Shown: positions 1 to 9,414 of the stretch, in pieces | Layout: every line of letters starts with the position of its first letter | Numbering within the stretch: position 1 is the first letter of the stretch | Source of the DNA: Butyrivibrio sp. | Lineage (GTDB): Bacteria; Bacillota; Clostridia; Lachnospirales; Lachnospiraceae | DNA: 64,000 nucleotides | Assembly: GCA_016291375.1 (NCBI GenBank) | Contig: JAEEXE010000006.1 | Coordinates: 43,588-107,587 of the forward strand | Reading direction: 5' to 3' | Translations under genes and position numbers: made by a program | The notes under the pieces: model-generated | The model's database searches: none | What the model was told of the DNA's origin: nothing | Seen by the model: only the letters and a program-made list of their open reading frames with translations

Positions 1-130
1 CCATAGCAAGACTTCGCACCGAAGGCATCTGCTCATCAGCCTGCAGTATTCCCTTAAGAATCTGCATCTTGAAGCTCTCTGCTATTTGTTCATAGATTGG
101 TCTGCTATCCTGGTAATCAATAATCTTCAT
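1..130 (-). CDS. GntR (YtrA subfamily) transcriptional regulator, N-terminal part; runs off the window
   Basis: Manual translation MKIIDYQDSRPIYEQIAESFKMQILKGILQADEQMPSVRSLAM; PIYEQI and PSVRSLA are typical GntR wHTH motifs. Confidence 0.9.
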   Translation of the reverse strand, partial: MKIIDYQDSRPIYEQIAESFKMQILKGILQADEQMPSVRSLAM

Positions 131-171
131 AGCACTCCCACTCACTAATACAAATAATAAGTAACAAAAAA

Positions 172-231
172 ACAAGTGTACTATGTTTACTAGTACACTT
201 GTATTGTATGCTATTTATTACTAAATGTAAA
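172..231 (-). promoter_or_regulatory. sigmaA promoter with adjacent YtrA-type palindromic operator
   Basis: TTTACA(231-226)-17bp-TACAAT(208-203); perfect inverted repeat ACAAGTGTACTA-N7-TAGTACACTTGT at 172-202. Confidence 0.75.
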
Positions 232-250
232 TACCTAAATATAATTTATT

Positions 251-1615
251 TTAATTCTTAAAACTGTGGACAGGAGCAGGAATCCTTCCGCCTCTGTTTA
301 CAAATTCATCACATGAGAACTTATTTACAGGCATTATCGGAGCATAACCAAGAAGTCCGCCAAACTCTACTGTATCTCCAACTGTCTTACCAATAACGGG
401 GATAAGTCTGACAGCAGTAGTCTTCTGATTGATCATACCGATAGCCATCTCATCTGCAATTATACCTGCAATTGTAGTATCCTTGGTATCTCCGGGAACC
501 GCTATCATATCAAGTCCAACAGAACATACGCAAGTCATGGCTTCAAGCTTTTCAAGAGTCAGGCATCCCGCCTCTACCGCATTGATCATTCCCTGATCTT
601 CACTTACAGGAATAAAGGCTCCGGAAAGACCTCCTACATAAGAAGAAGCCATTACACCACCTTTCTTGACCTGGTCATTAAGCAGAGCAAGTGCTGCAGT
701 TGTTCCGGGCGCACCTGCATGCTCAACACCGATCTCATGAAGGATGTCAGCTACACTGTCTCCGATAGCAGGTGTAGGTGCAAGTGAAAGATCTATAATG
801 CCAAAAGGTACTCCAAGTCTTGCGGAAGCTTCCTTAGCAACAAGCTGTCCAACTCTTGTGACCTTAAATGCAGTCTTCTTAATAGTCTCACAGAGAACTT
901 CAAAGTTCTCGCCTCTGACTTTTTCAAGTGCTGTCTTAACTACGCCGGGACCACTGACACCAACGTTTATGATCTTATCTGCCTCTGTTACTCCATGGAA
1001 CGCACCTGCCATAAAAGGATTGTCATCAGGAGCATTGCAGAAAATAACAAGTTTGGCACATCCAAGGGAATCGCTTTCCTTAGTTGCCATTGCTGTCTCT
1101 TTTACAATTGAACCCATGAGTCTGACAGCATCCATATTGATACCGGTCTTTGTAGAACCAACGTTGATAGATGAACAAACAACGTCTGTTGATGAAAGAG
1201 CAAGAGGAATAGACTCAATAAGAAGTCTGTCTGCACTTGTCATGCCTTTGCTTACAAGCGCAGAATATCCGCCGATAAAGTTAACTCCTACTTTCTTGGC
1301 AACTTCATCAAGGGTCTTTGCTATCTCGGCAAAATCTTCCTTGGTCTTGCAGGCTGCTCCGCCAACAAGAGCAATAGGTGTAACAGATATTCTCTTATTA
1401 ACAATGGGAATACCAAATTCTCTGGATATCTGATCTCCGGTCTTAACAAGATCCTTGGCTGAATCATAAATCTTGTTATAGATATTCTTTTTAAGCTGCT
1501 CAAGATCTGAGCATATACAGTCAAGGAGGCTGATACCAAGAGTAATAGTCCTGACATCAAGATTCTCCTTTTCTATCATTTCATTGGTCTCGAGGACCTC
1601 TTTAGTGTTAATCAT
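251..1615 (-). CDS. PFL-like UPF0210/DUF711 family protein
   Basis: 454 aa; [47 protein letters not shown] motifs. Confidence 0.9.
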   Translation of the reverse strand: MINTKEVLETNEMIEKENLDVRTITLGISLLDCICSDLEQLKKNIYNKIYDSAKDLVKTGDQISREFGIPIVNKRISVTPIALVGGAACKTKEDFAEIAKTLDEVAKKVGVNFIGGYSALVSKGMTSADRLLIESIPLALSSTDVVCSSINVGSTKTGINMDAVRLMGSIVKETAMATKESDSLGCAKLVIFCNAPDDNPFMAGAFHGVTEADKIINVGVSGPGVVKTALEKVRGENFEVLCETIKKTAFKVTRVGQLVAKEASARLGVPFGIIDLSLAPTPAIGDSVADILHEIGVEHAGAPGTTAALALLNDQVKKGGVMASSYVGGLSGAFIPVSEDQGMINAVEAGCLTLEKLEAMTCVCSVGLDMIAVPGDTKDTTIAGIIADEMAIGMINQKTTAVRLIPVIGKTVGDTVEFGGLLGYAPIMPVNKFSCDEFVNRGGRIPAPVHSFKN

Positions 1616-1635
1616 AGTATTCTCCCAAAAACCAA

Positions 1636-1908
1636 TTAAATTCTGTGCATGGAATCAAAGATTTCTTCCTTCTGGCACTTAATAACAACTCCGATATCAT
1701 GTCCAAGCTGTTCAAGGTCATCCGCAACACTGTTAAAATCCTTGGATGTACCCGCCATATCTACAATCATCATCATATTGAAATATCCACCTACGATAGT
1801 CTGTGAAATATCAAGAATATTGATGCTGGAATCTGCGAGATAAGTGCAAACCTTTGCGATAATGCCGACTGTGTCTTTTCCGACAACTGTAATGATAGTC
1901 TTCTTCAT
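1636..1908 (-). CDS. ACT-domain protein (UPF0237)
   Basis: [17 protein letters not shown]...NILDISQT; GGAGGAG RBS before ATG 1908; usual partner of UPF0210. Confidence 0.9.
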   Translation of the reverse strand: MKKTIITVVGKDTVGIIAKVCTYLADSSINILDISQTIVGGYFNMMMIVDMAGTSKDFNSVADDLEQLGHDIGVVIKCQKEEIFDSMHRI

Positions 1909-1927
1909 GTCTCCTCCAAAAAATAAA

Positions 1928-2725
1928 TTATATCTCGATAACAGGCGATAGCTCTGCTCTCTTAGCAACCATAATGGGAAAATCCGATGAACTGTACGGA
2001 TTGTCTCCCATATCCACCTCAAGTCTCACAGTTTCATACGCTAGCTCAGGCAGATTGTTCTCTTTGGACAGATGGCCAAGAAACACACCTTTGATCTTGT
2101 CGTTTAGAAGCTTACAAAGTAGTTCTCCGCTCTTCTCATTGGATAAATGCCCTCTGTCTCCCATTATTCTGGACTTTAGCATATAAGGATAAGGTCCTGT
2201 CTGGAGCATCCTTATATCATGATTTGCTTCTAATAATAACGCGTCGCAGCCTGATAAGCAACTGACAGTATAATCATCATAGCATCCAAGGTCAGTTGCA
2301 ACGCCTATTTTCTTATCTCCAAGATATACTCTGTATCCGCATGGTTCTGCGGCGTCATGGGATATTCTCATGGGATTGATGGTCATATCTCCTACGCAAA
2401 TGCAGGAATCAACCTTAAGCTTGTTAAAAGAAGCATCTGCCATCTCATTCTTTTTATCGCTTTTAATTATCCCCTCAATTGTCCCCGCTGTTCCGTAGAT
2501 GGGAATATTGTGTTTCTTTAATATAGTATGAAGAGCTGCAATATGATCCACGTGTTCGTGTGTTATAAATATTGCATCCAGGTCGTCAAAAGAAAGATCC
2601 AGTCCCTTAAGGCCTTCTTCAATCCTCTTCTTGCTGGTGCCCGCATCTATAAGAATATGTGTATTATCTGATCCTATGTAGGTGCAATTGCCGCTACTGC
2701 CGCTGGCAATACTGGTAAAACGCAT
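1928..2725 (-). CDS. MBL-fold metallo-hydrolase, YycJ/WalJ-like
   Basis: SGSSGN, THEHVDH, SHDA, EANHD, GHLSN, HLSKENN motifs. Confidence 0.88.
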   Translation of the reverse strand: MRFTSIASGSSGNCTYIGSDNTHILIDAGTSKKRIEEGLKGLDLSFDDLDAIFITHEHVDHIAALHTILKKHNIPIYGTAGTIEGIIKSDKKNEMADASFNKLKVDSCICVGDMTINPMRISHDAAEPCGYRVYLGDKKIGVATDLGCYDDYTVSCLSGCDALLLEANHDIRMLQTGPYPYMLKSRIMGDRGHLSNEKSGELLCKLLNDKIKGVFLGHLSKENNLPELAYETVRLEVDMGDNPYSSSDFPIMVAKRAELSPVIEI

Positions 2726-2737
2726 TAAATAAACCTC

Positions 2738-4915
2738 TTACTTCCAATAAACTTCTATCTTGTCGCCCTCATGTATAGCCTGCATGTAATCGGGTGTTGC
2801 ACCGTTAAGAGTTGTAACTATCGATCTTCCGTTGGGCTTTGAAAGGTCAAAATCGATCACATCGAATATATCCACAAAGATATAATCAGCTTTGCCGTGA
2901 AGGGTCACAGCATCGTTATTAACAAATATATGAAGGTCATGAGCAAGGATATTCTTTACAGTCTCCTGCTCCTGTTTCTTGTACTCACCGTCATCATCCG
3001 GCAGATCGTCAAAAGAAAGCTGTCCATCCTTACCTTCTATTATCTTAACGTCATCGGATCCTTCATAAGATTCCATATTGGCCCTGGATATAGCAACCTC
3101 ATCAGCACTTGGGAAATCTCTGTAATAATCCATGATAGCTTCTTCCTGAGCCTTAAACTCAATCTTGAAGTTCTCATAAACAGGTGTATCCTTATCGCCC
3201 CTTTCGTTGTTGACGATAATGACAGTATCCTCATTGATCTCAATATCCATAAGAGCCGCTATCTGCTCAGCGGTGTTGTAATCAAGAACCTTAACTTCAT
3301 CCCCGGGATTAATACTGTAAAGAGCTGTCTGGGGATTGCCGTTAACAGTAGCAAACCTTGAAGCCTCAACATTCTTGCCGTTTACATTGACATTAAACTT
3401 GGTCTTAAACTCAGGAATGCTCTCAATAAGCGCTTCTCCCGGAGCCCCGGCTGTTGACGGAACAACCTCAATAATGTCATTGGCATGGATCTTGGTGTGT
3501 ATGTCCGCAGGCTTTCCGTTAAGTGAAATAACCGCAGCCTCACCGGGTTCACCCCTTGAAGCACGTTCCTTGCCGTTAACTGTATATCGAAGTTCCTCTC
3601 CTCTCTTAGGGAAAAGATCTTCATTAGGAAATGCAGCCTGCATGGCAGCATCAACAATCTGCAATTTGCCGTTATCATATATCTTGGTCTGTATACCATT
3701 AAATGAAACGAAGATAAAGTTATTGGCTTCTTCATAGTAGCTGATACAAATACCAAGAGGTGTAACAAGAAGAGAATCTCTCTCAATGCCGTCGTTATTA
3801 AGGAAAGTAATGTTCTTCATTACTTCCTCTCCTCTAAGAGCAACACGCTCCTCCGGAATATCCATTTCCTTAGCGATAGCCTTGGTATAGCCGGGCACAC
3901 ATCCGCCGCCGCCAACTACAAATACAGCGCTGACAGGCTTATCTCCGTTAAGTCTCTTGATCTCATCAACAGCTTTTTTGGCCATGTCATCAACCTGAGG
4001 TTTGATGATCCTTGCGATCTCCTTGGCTGTTATGGTCTTTCTAAGTCCCATAATATCTATGTACTCAACTCTGTCGTTGTGGCTTGCGGCTATCTTGATC
4101 TCATCAGCCTGGTTAAAGTCAACAAGACAGTGCTGTGCAATGATCTCTGTAATATCATCACCTGCGATCGGAAGCATACCGTATGCGGTAATGGAACCGT
4201 CATCCGTAACACAGATATCCGATGTACCTGCACCTACGTCTATAAGTGCAAGATTCAACATCCTAAATCTGTCGGGAATTGCAACCATCATAGCTGCAAT
4301 AGGCTCCAATGTGAGGTTAGCGACATTAAGCTCAGCTCTCTCACACGCCTTGTAAAGACCATCTACGCAGTCATCAGGAAGGAAGGTTGCTATAAGCTCA
4401 ACGCTTACCTTGCCTGCATTATGTCCCTCAAGATTGGCTATCTGATATCCATCCAGATAATAGTGCATAACAGAATAACCAACCAGATAGAATTTAAGAC
4501 TGGATGTGTTACTCTTTAAGAATTCTGAATAAGCCTGTTCAACAGCCGCAGAATCCAGATTGTATATATCTTCATCCGTTATCTCGTGAGATTCGGGATA
4601 TTCGTACTCATATGTGGTTCTAACAGTTCTAAGAACACGTCCGGCAGCGGCTATACATACATCAGTCAGATGTATATCCGTCTGCTGTTCAAGGTTATCT
4701 TTTACTACCTTGATGGTGGCTCCTACCTTGCCGATATCATGAATCTGTCCGTCAAGCATAGCTCTTGTCTGGTGTTTTTCGACGCTCTGAGCAATGACAT
4801 TGAACTGTCCGTCATTCATGTAACCCACAGTTCCAACAACGCTCCTTGTTCCGATATCAAGTCCAAATACCACCTTCTGATCTGATTGCTCTAAACTTGC
4901 CATCATCTTCTCCAA
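2738..4915 (-). CDS. FtsA/PilM-like actin-family ATPase with C-terminal ThiS/ubiquitin-like repeats
   Basis: GLDIGTRS, DGQIHDI, LEPIAA, DVGAGTSD, VGGGG actin-fold motifs; repeated V/LNG...I..GD.IEV segments in the C-terminal half. Confidence 0.8.
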   Translation of the reverse strand: MEKMMASLEQSDQKVVFGLDIGTRSVVGTVGYMNDGQFNVIAQSVEKHQTRAMLDGQIHDIGKVGATIKVVKDNLEQQTDIHLTDVCIAAAGRVLRTVRTTYEYEYPESHEITDEDIYNLDSAAVEQAYSEFLKSNTSSLKFYLVGYSVMHYYLDGYQIANLEGHNAGKVSVELIATFLPDDCVDGLYKACERAELNVANLTLEPIAAMMVAIPDRFRMLNLALIDVGAGTSDICVTDDGSITAYGMLPIAGDDITEIIAQHCLVDFNQADEIKIAASHNDRVEYIDIMGLRKTITAKEIARIIKPQVDDMAKKAVDEIKRLNGDKPVSAVFVVGGGGCVPGYTKAIAKEMDIPEERVALRGEEVMKNITFLNNDGIERDSLLVTPLGICISYYEEANNFIFVSFNGIQTKIYDNGKLQIVDAAMQAAFPNEDLFPKRGEELRYTVNGKERASRGEPGEAAVISLNGKPADIHTKIHANDIIEVVPSTAGAPGEALIESIPEFKTKFNVNVNGKNVEASRFATVNGNPQTALYSINPGDEVKVLDYNTAEQIAALMDIEINEDTVIIVNNERGDKDTPVYENFKIEFKAQEEAIMDYYRDFPSADEVAISRANMESYEGSDDVKIIEGKDGQLSFDDLPDDDGEYKKQEQETVKNILAHDLHIFVNNDAVTLHGKADYIFVDIFDVIDFDLSKPNGRSIVTTLNGATPDYMQAIHEGDKIEVYWK

Positions 4916-5532
4916 TCCATAAGTTTAGTACCTATAATATCAGCAACAGTCTCCATGTCCCCGCTGTTGTCCAAAACAAAATCGCAGTGCTCTCTAAAGC
5001 TCTCTTCAGAAAGCTGACCTGCAAAAATATTATCTATCTTCTCGTCAGAATAACCGCGAGAAGCCTTAAGTCTCTCTCTCCTGACATCCTCTGAGGCATA
5101 TACATACCATAGCTCATCAACGATGTCTTCATAACCGTTTTCTATCAAAAGAGCTGCCTCTACAAAAACAAAATCAAGTCTGTCCCGCAGTCGCTCTTCG
5201 TCTATAATATTAATAATATATTGATTTACTGCAGGATGCAAAATATTGTTCACTGCTTTGAGCTTTTTTTCATCTCCGAAGATAGCCTGCGCCATCTTAT
5301 TTCTGTCTATCTCATCGTCAGGGTCAAGGATTTCCTTGCCAAGAAGGCGAATAAGCTCATCATAGGCGGGATATCCCTTCATCTTGATCTCATTGGCAAC
5401 ATCATCGGAATATACGACCCTGCAATTATATTTTTCCTTGATATATTCAAGCACAGTGGTCTTTCCTGCTCCAACTCCGCCGGTTATACCTATGATGTTG
5501 GTCCTGCCTTTTTGCAATTTATTTTGCTTCAT
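4903..5532 (-). CDS. coaE: dephospho-CoA kinase
   Basis: IGITGGVGAGKTT, ILHPAV, EAALLIE motifs; follows polA; start placed at MKQNK. Confidence 0.93.
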   Translation of the reverse strand: MKQNKLQKGRTNIIGITGGVGAGKTTVLEYIKEKYNCRVVYSDDVANEIKMKGYPAYDELIRLLGKEILDPDDEIDRNKMAQAIFGDEKKLKAVNNILHPAVNQYIINIIDEERLRDRLDFVFVEAALLIENGYEDIVDELWYVYASEDVRRERLKASRGYSDEKIDNIFAGQLSEESFREHCDFVLDNSGDMETVADIIGTKLMDWRR

Positions 5533-7702
5533 ACCAGTCATTTCCCGTGTGGCATGTTGCTTCCATGGGAACAACAAGTGTCACAGCGCTCTCCATCTCT
5601 TTTGTAAGTAACTCTTTTACAGCTTCAGTTTCTTCCGCAGCAGTCTCAATAACAAGTTCATCGTGGATCTGCAATATAAGTCTTGATCTTAGCTGTTCTT
5701 TTTTAAGTCTGAAAAAGACATTTATCATAGCTATCTTCATGATATCCGCAGCAGTTCCCTGGATAGGAGCGTTCATAGCAACTCTCTCCCCAAACTGTCT
5801 GAGATTAAAATTACTTGCCTTGAGCTCCGGAATAGGTCTTTTCCTGCCAAACAAGGTGACGCTTCCGCCGCTTTCTTTGGCTTCCTTTACAACTCTCTCC
5901 TGATATTCTTTAACTCCGGGATATGCCTCGAAATATTTATCCATATATTCCTTGGCTTCCTTGGAAGAAATAGACAGATCCCTGGAAAGACCAAATGCGC
6001 TGATTCCGTATACTATTCCAAAGTTTACAGCCTTGGCACTTCGTCTTTGCTGATCCGTGACCTCATCAAAAGGAACGTGGAACACCTTTGAAGCGGTACT
6101 TGCGTGTATGTCTTCGCCGCTGTGATAAGCCTTGATAAGGCCTTCATCGCCGGACATATGTGCAAGTATACGAAGCTCAATCTGAGAATAATCGGCATCC
6201 GCAAAGACATAGCCTTCCTTGGGAACAAAGACTTTTCTTATAAGTCTTCCAAGCTCAGTTCTCATGGGAATATTCTGAAGATTGGGCTCAGTTGAGCTTA
6301 TTCTTCCTGTAGCTGTAATTGTCTGATTAAAGCTTGTATGTATCCTGTTATCCTCTTCTATATAGGCAGACAGCCCATCGGCGTAGGTTGATTTAAGCTT
6401 GGCAAGTCCTCTGTATTCCAGGATATCAGCTACGATCTTGTGCTCTCCTGCAAGCTTTTCAAGTACATCCGCTGCCGTTGAATAGCCTGATTTGGTCTTC
6501 TTCTCTGCAGGAAGTCCGAGCTTTTCAAACAATATCTCTCCAAGCTGCTTGGGAGAATTGATATTAAACTCAGTTCCGGCAGCTTCATATATTTTCTTCT
6601 CAAGCTCATCTATGCGAACTTTTAACTCATCTCCGTATATTTGGAGCTGTTCTCTCTTTGCGATGATACCTTCTTTTTCCATGGAATAAAGAATGAACGA
6701 AAGAGGCATCTCTATGTTGTAAAAGAGCCCTTCCATACCGGACTTACTTAAATTCTTTCTTATAAGCCCTGCAGCTTTGCGGCAAACAAATGCTGCCCTT
6801 GAAGCATAGGAAGAAAGGGCTTTAATATCTGCTTCGGTTAAAGATTCCTTTCCAAAAAGATCAGCTCTTTTTTCCATGGATAAGCCAAGATATTCCTTGG
6901 CAATATCTTCGATCATATAGTCATTCTTATTGGGATTAACAAGATACGCACCAATAAGCGTATCAAAGCACCTTGCCTCTTTTTTGTATAAGTCATCTTC
7001 TGTATAGCCGTAGTCCCTTAAGTCTATCTCAGCAGGAACAAAAAGATTGTATGAACTCTTAATGTCAAATGTTGCAAGATTACAGCACTTACTAAGTTCA
7101 TACAGCTTGCCACCGATATAATCATCTGTGATAAAGCCTTGAAATGGTATATAGAACGAATTCTCATCCTCAAAGCAAAGCGAGATTCCGATGATATCCT
7201 TTTTCTTGATACTACCGTTAACATCTGTTGTATCAACTACCGGATAAAAGCCTACATAATCATCTGTATTTTTTACCAGAGCTGCCTTCGCAAAAAGCTG
7301 CTCTACTTCCGTAAGATCTGAAGTTACGTTTGTTTTTACCTCAAATACTGGTACTGCGGCAGCTTTTCCAAGTGGAGATACCAAAGCAATCTCTTTTACC
7401 AGAAAATCAGTAAGTGCATCGCTTACGTCAACACCTTCGGTCTCAAGAAGTCCACCTTCAGAAAAAGAAGACAGTATCTCTTTTGCCCTGTCTATCTGCC
7501 CGGAAAGAGCCTCTGTAGCATTAAAATCTTTATCAAATGATAGGCTGATCTTCTTGTGCTCTCCCGATGCAGTAATTGTCTTTAACTTAAAAAATGCACC
7601 GTAAATACCACTGACGGGATTGCCGTCAGCATCAGTAAATACAGGCATTGAATTAAATGCGTCTCTTATTAGATTACATACGTTAATTGTTAGGATATCC
7701 AA
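5519..7702 (-). CDS. polA: DNA polymerase I (family A) with vestigial 5'-3' nuclease domain
   Basis: Motifs A DYSQIELR, B RRSAKAVNFGIVYG, C LQIHDEL intact; only 727 aa; TTG start with GGGGAA RBS. Confidence 0.93.
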   Translation of the reverse strand: MDILTINVCNLIRDAFNSMPVFTDADGNPVSGIYGAFFKLKTITASGEHKKISLSFDKDFNATEALSGQIDRAKEILSSFSEGGLLETEGVDVSDALTDFLVKEIALVSPLGKAAAVPVFEVKTNVTSDLTEVEQLFAKAALVKNTDDYVGFYPVVDTTDVNGSIKKKDIIGISLCFEDENSFYIPFQGFITDDYIGGKLYELSKCCNLATFDIKSSYNLFVPAEIDLRDYGYTEDDLYKKEARCFDTLIGAYLVNPNKNDYMIEDIAKEYLGLSMEKRADLFGKESLTEADIKALSSYASRAAFVCRKAAGLIRKNLSKSGMEGLFYNIEMPLSFILYSMEKEGIIAKREQLQIYGDELKVRIDELEKKIYEAAGTEFNINSPKQLGEILFEKLGLPAEKKTKSGYSTAADVLEKLAGEHKIVADILEYRGLAKLKSTYADGLSAYIEEDNRIHTSFNQTITATGRISSTEPNLQNIPMRTELGRLIRKVFVPKEGYVFADADYSQIELRILAHMSGDEGLIKAYHSGEDIHASTASKVFHVPFDEVTDQQRRSAKAVNFGIVYGISAFGLSRDLSISSKEAKEYMDKYFEAYPGVKEYQERVVKEAKESGGSVTLFGRKRPIPELKASNFNLRQFGERVAMNAPIQGTAADIMKIAMINVFFRLKKEQLRSRLILQIHDELVIETAAEETEAVKELLTKEMESAVTLVVPMEATCHTGNDWYEAK

Positions 7703-7726
7703 AGAAAGTATTCCCCGACATAATTA

Positions 7727-8050
7727 TTATAGAAACAGATGAAGAGCGAAGGCAACTGCTGCAAGAATCACAACAAAGCCCTCAAGAACATAGCTGAACA
7801 TAACCAGGTTCTGTCTTACCTTGAGTCTCCTGCCGGCGTCTGATAAAAGTCCGTCCAGTTCTCTTCTGAGGTTGAAGGTATTACCATCCTCAAGCCTCTT
7901 CATACCGACTTTGACCAGAAACTGAATGGTGAGCTCCTCCTTACATTCCGCGCAGCTCTCCATGTGATAAAGAAAATCAGAAAGATCCTGATTATCGAGA
8001 TCGTCATCAAGAAATAATGGAATTAACTTTTCAGCATCTTTACATGTCAT
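7727..8050 (-). CDS. zf-HC2 (ZAS anti-sigma-like) zinc-finger membrane protein
   Basis: N-terminal Cys plus HMESCAEC (HxxxCxxC); C-terminal hydrophobic helix. Confidence 0.8.
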   Translation of the reverse strand: MTCKDAEKLIPLFLDDDLDNQDLSDFLYHMESCAECKEELTIQFLVKVGMKRLEDGNTFNLRRELDGLLSDAGRRLKVRQNLVMFSYVLEGFVVILAAVAFALHLFL

Positions 8051-8157
8051 ATAAAGCTCCGCACACGCGAGGTTTACACTTAAGCACCATCCAACATATT
8101 GTATGGCAGAACCTAACGCGACAATCTGTCTCTACAACATCTAGAATACTGCAAAAA

Positions 8158-9255
8158 TCAAATAACCGCAACTATTGAGACCTCTCTTCTGGAAGCAAGG
8201 TCCACAAAATTCTCGCCGCATTTGATCACAGGGCGTGAAAGATGGTCGGGATTAACAAATACTATCTCTCCGGTCTGACCTGTACTGAGCATAACCCTGT
8301 TTGCGATAAATGTATTAACTATATTGCTAAGGAAGGTCATGATGACATTGGGATCAAATTTGTTGATACCCTCTTCCTCAAATCTCGAAATAACCGTAAA
8401 GGGACAGATAGGCGCTCTGTAAGTCTTCTTGGCAGTCATAGCCTCATACAGATTGGCAACTGTAACAATCGAAGCAATCTCATCAATTTGCTCACCCTTG
8501 AGATGGAAGGGATAACCCGAGCCGTCTCTGCACTCGTGGTGCATAAGGATGCAGTTCTTGATGCGAGGATCGATATCCTTGTCCTTTACAAGCTCATAGC
8601 CCTTGACCACATGGTCCTTCATAAATCTCTCTTCATATTCAGTGTAGGCGTCCTTCTTGTTAAGAAGATCAGGCGGCATAAGCACTTTACCTATATCGTG
8701 CAAAAGACCTCCGGCAGTAGCAAGCTGTATCTTCTCGTGAGGAAGCTTCATCCATGTAGCTATGGTATTGCATATAAGAGAAACATTGAGACTGTGCATA
8801 TATACAGCGTCGCTATTGTCTCTAAGATTGTGGAGCATATCAAATACTCCCGCTGTGCCTCCTGCCTCTACAAAAAGGTGATAAACAGGTTCTGTAAGTT
8901 TCTCTATATCAAGAGCCATCTTATCATTTGCAATAAGCTTAAAAGATTCCTCAAGCTGACGGGCGTTGAGCTCAATATCCTGCTTGAACTTAATAAACGC
9001 CTCAGAATTCTTGATCTTCTCAGCGTATGAATAATCAGGCTGCTTCAAAGGCTGAGTATCGTCTTCGCTTTTTACCGGAACTGCCTGCTTCTCATCCTCA
9101 ACAAAAATGTTATACAAAGAATGAGACTTGATCCTCTGAATATCATTCTCATCAAGTACCGTTCCCTTAGGAAGCACAAGTCTGTCATCGATAGTATAAA
9201 TATTCTCGGAAGCTACAAGCCCCGGTTCAAGATTGTCTACTGATATCAGTTTCAT
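8158..9255 (-). CDS. HD-GYP domain protein
   Basis: HSLNV, LLHDIGK, HHECRDGSGYP; N-terminal LEPGLV motif. Confidence 0.88.
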   Translation of the reverse strand: MKLISVDNLEPGLVASENIYTIDDRLVLPKGTVLDENDIQRIKSHSLYNIFVEDEKQAVPVKSEDDTQPLKQPDYSYAEKIKNSEAFIKFKQDIELNARQLEESFKLIANDKMALDIEKLTEPVYHLFVEAGGTAGVFDMLHNLRDNSDAVYMHSLNVSLICNTIATWMKLPHEKIQLATAGGLLHDIGKVLMPPDLLNKKDAYTEYEERFMKDHVVKGYELVKDKDIDPRIKNCILMHHECRDGSGYPFHLKGEQIDEIASIVTVANLYEAMTAKKTYRAPICPFTVISRFEEEGINKFDPNVIMTFLSNIVNTFIANRVMLSTGQTGEIVFVNPDHLSRPVIKCGENFVDLASRREVSIVAVI

Positions 9256-9414
9256 TTCATAACCTACCTAAATAAAGAGATATAGAATCATTATATCAGC
9301 ATTTTTTATTTTTTGTGATAAAATGATAATATTCGCAAGAAAAGAGTCAAGAATTGACTTTTTCGTATATTCGCGTATCAAGATAAATGTATTAAAGTAT
9401 TTTTGGAGATAAAA

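Noticed and set aside
744-1433. Long antisense ORFs (also 8242-9030, 15804-16781, 33683-34435, 53849-54478, 58183-58863)
   Set aside because: Shadow frames opposite well-supported genes; no RBS or motifs
7373-7727. Frameshift or split gene explaining the short polA
   Set aside because: The N-terminal remnant is in frame from a TTG with an RBS, and the upstream DNA encodes the zf-HC2 protein, so no missing nuclease fragment is visible
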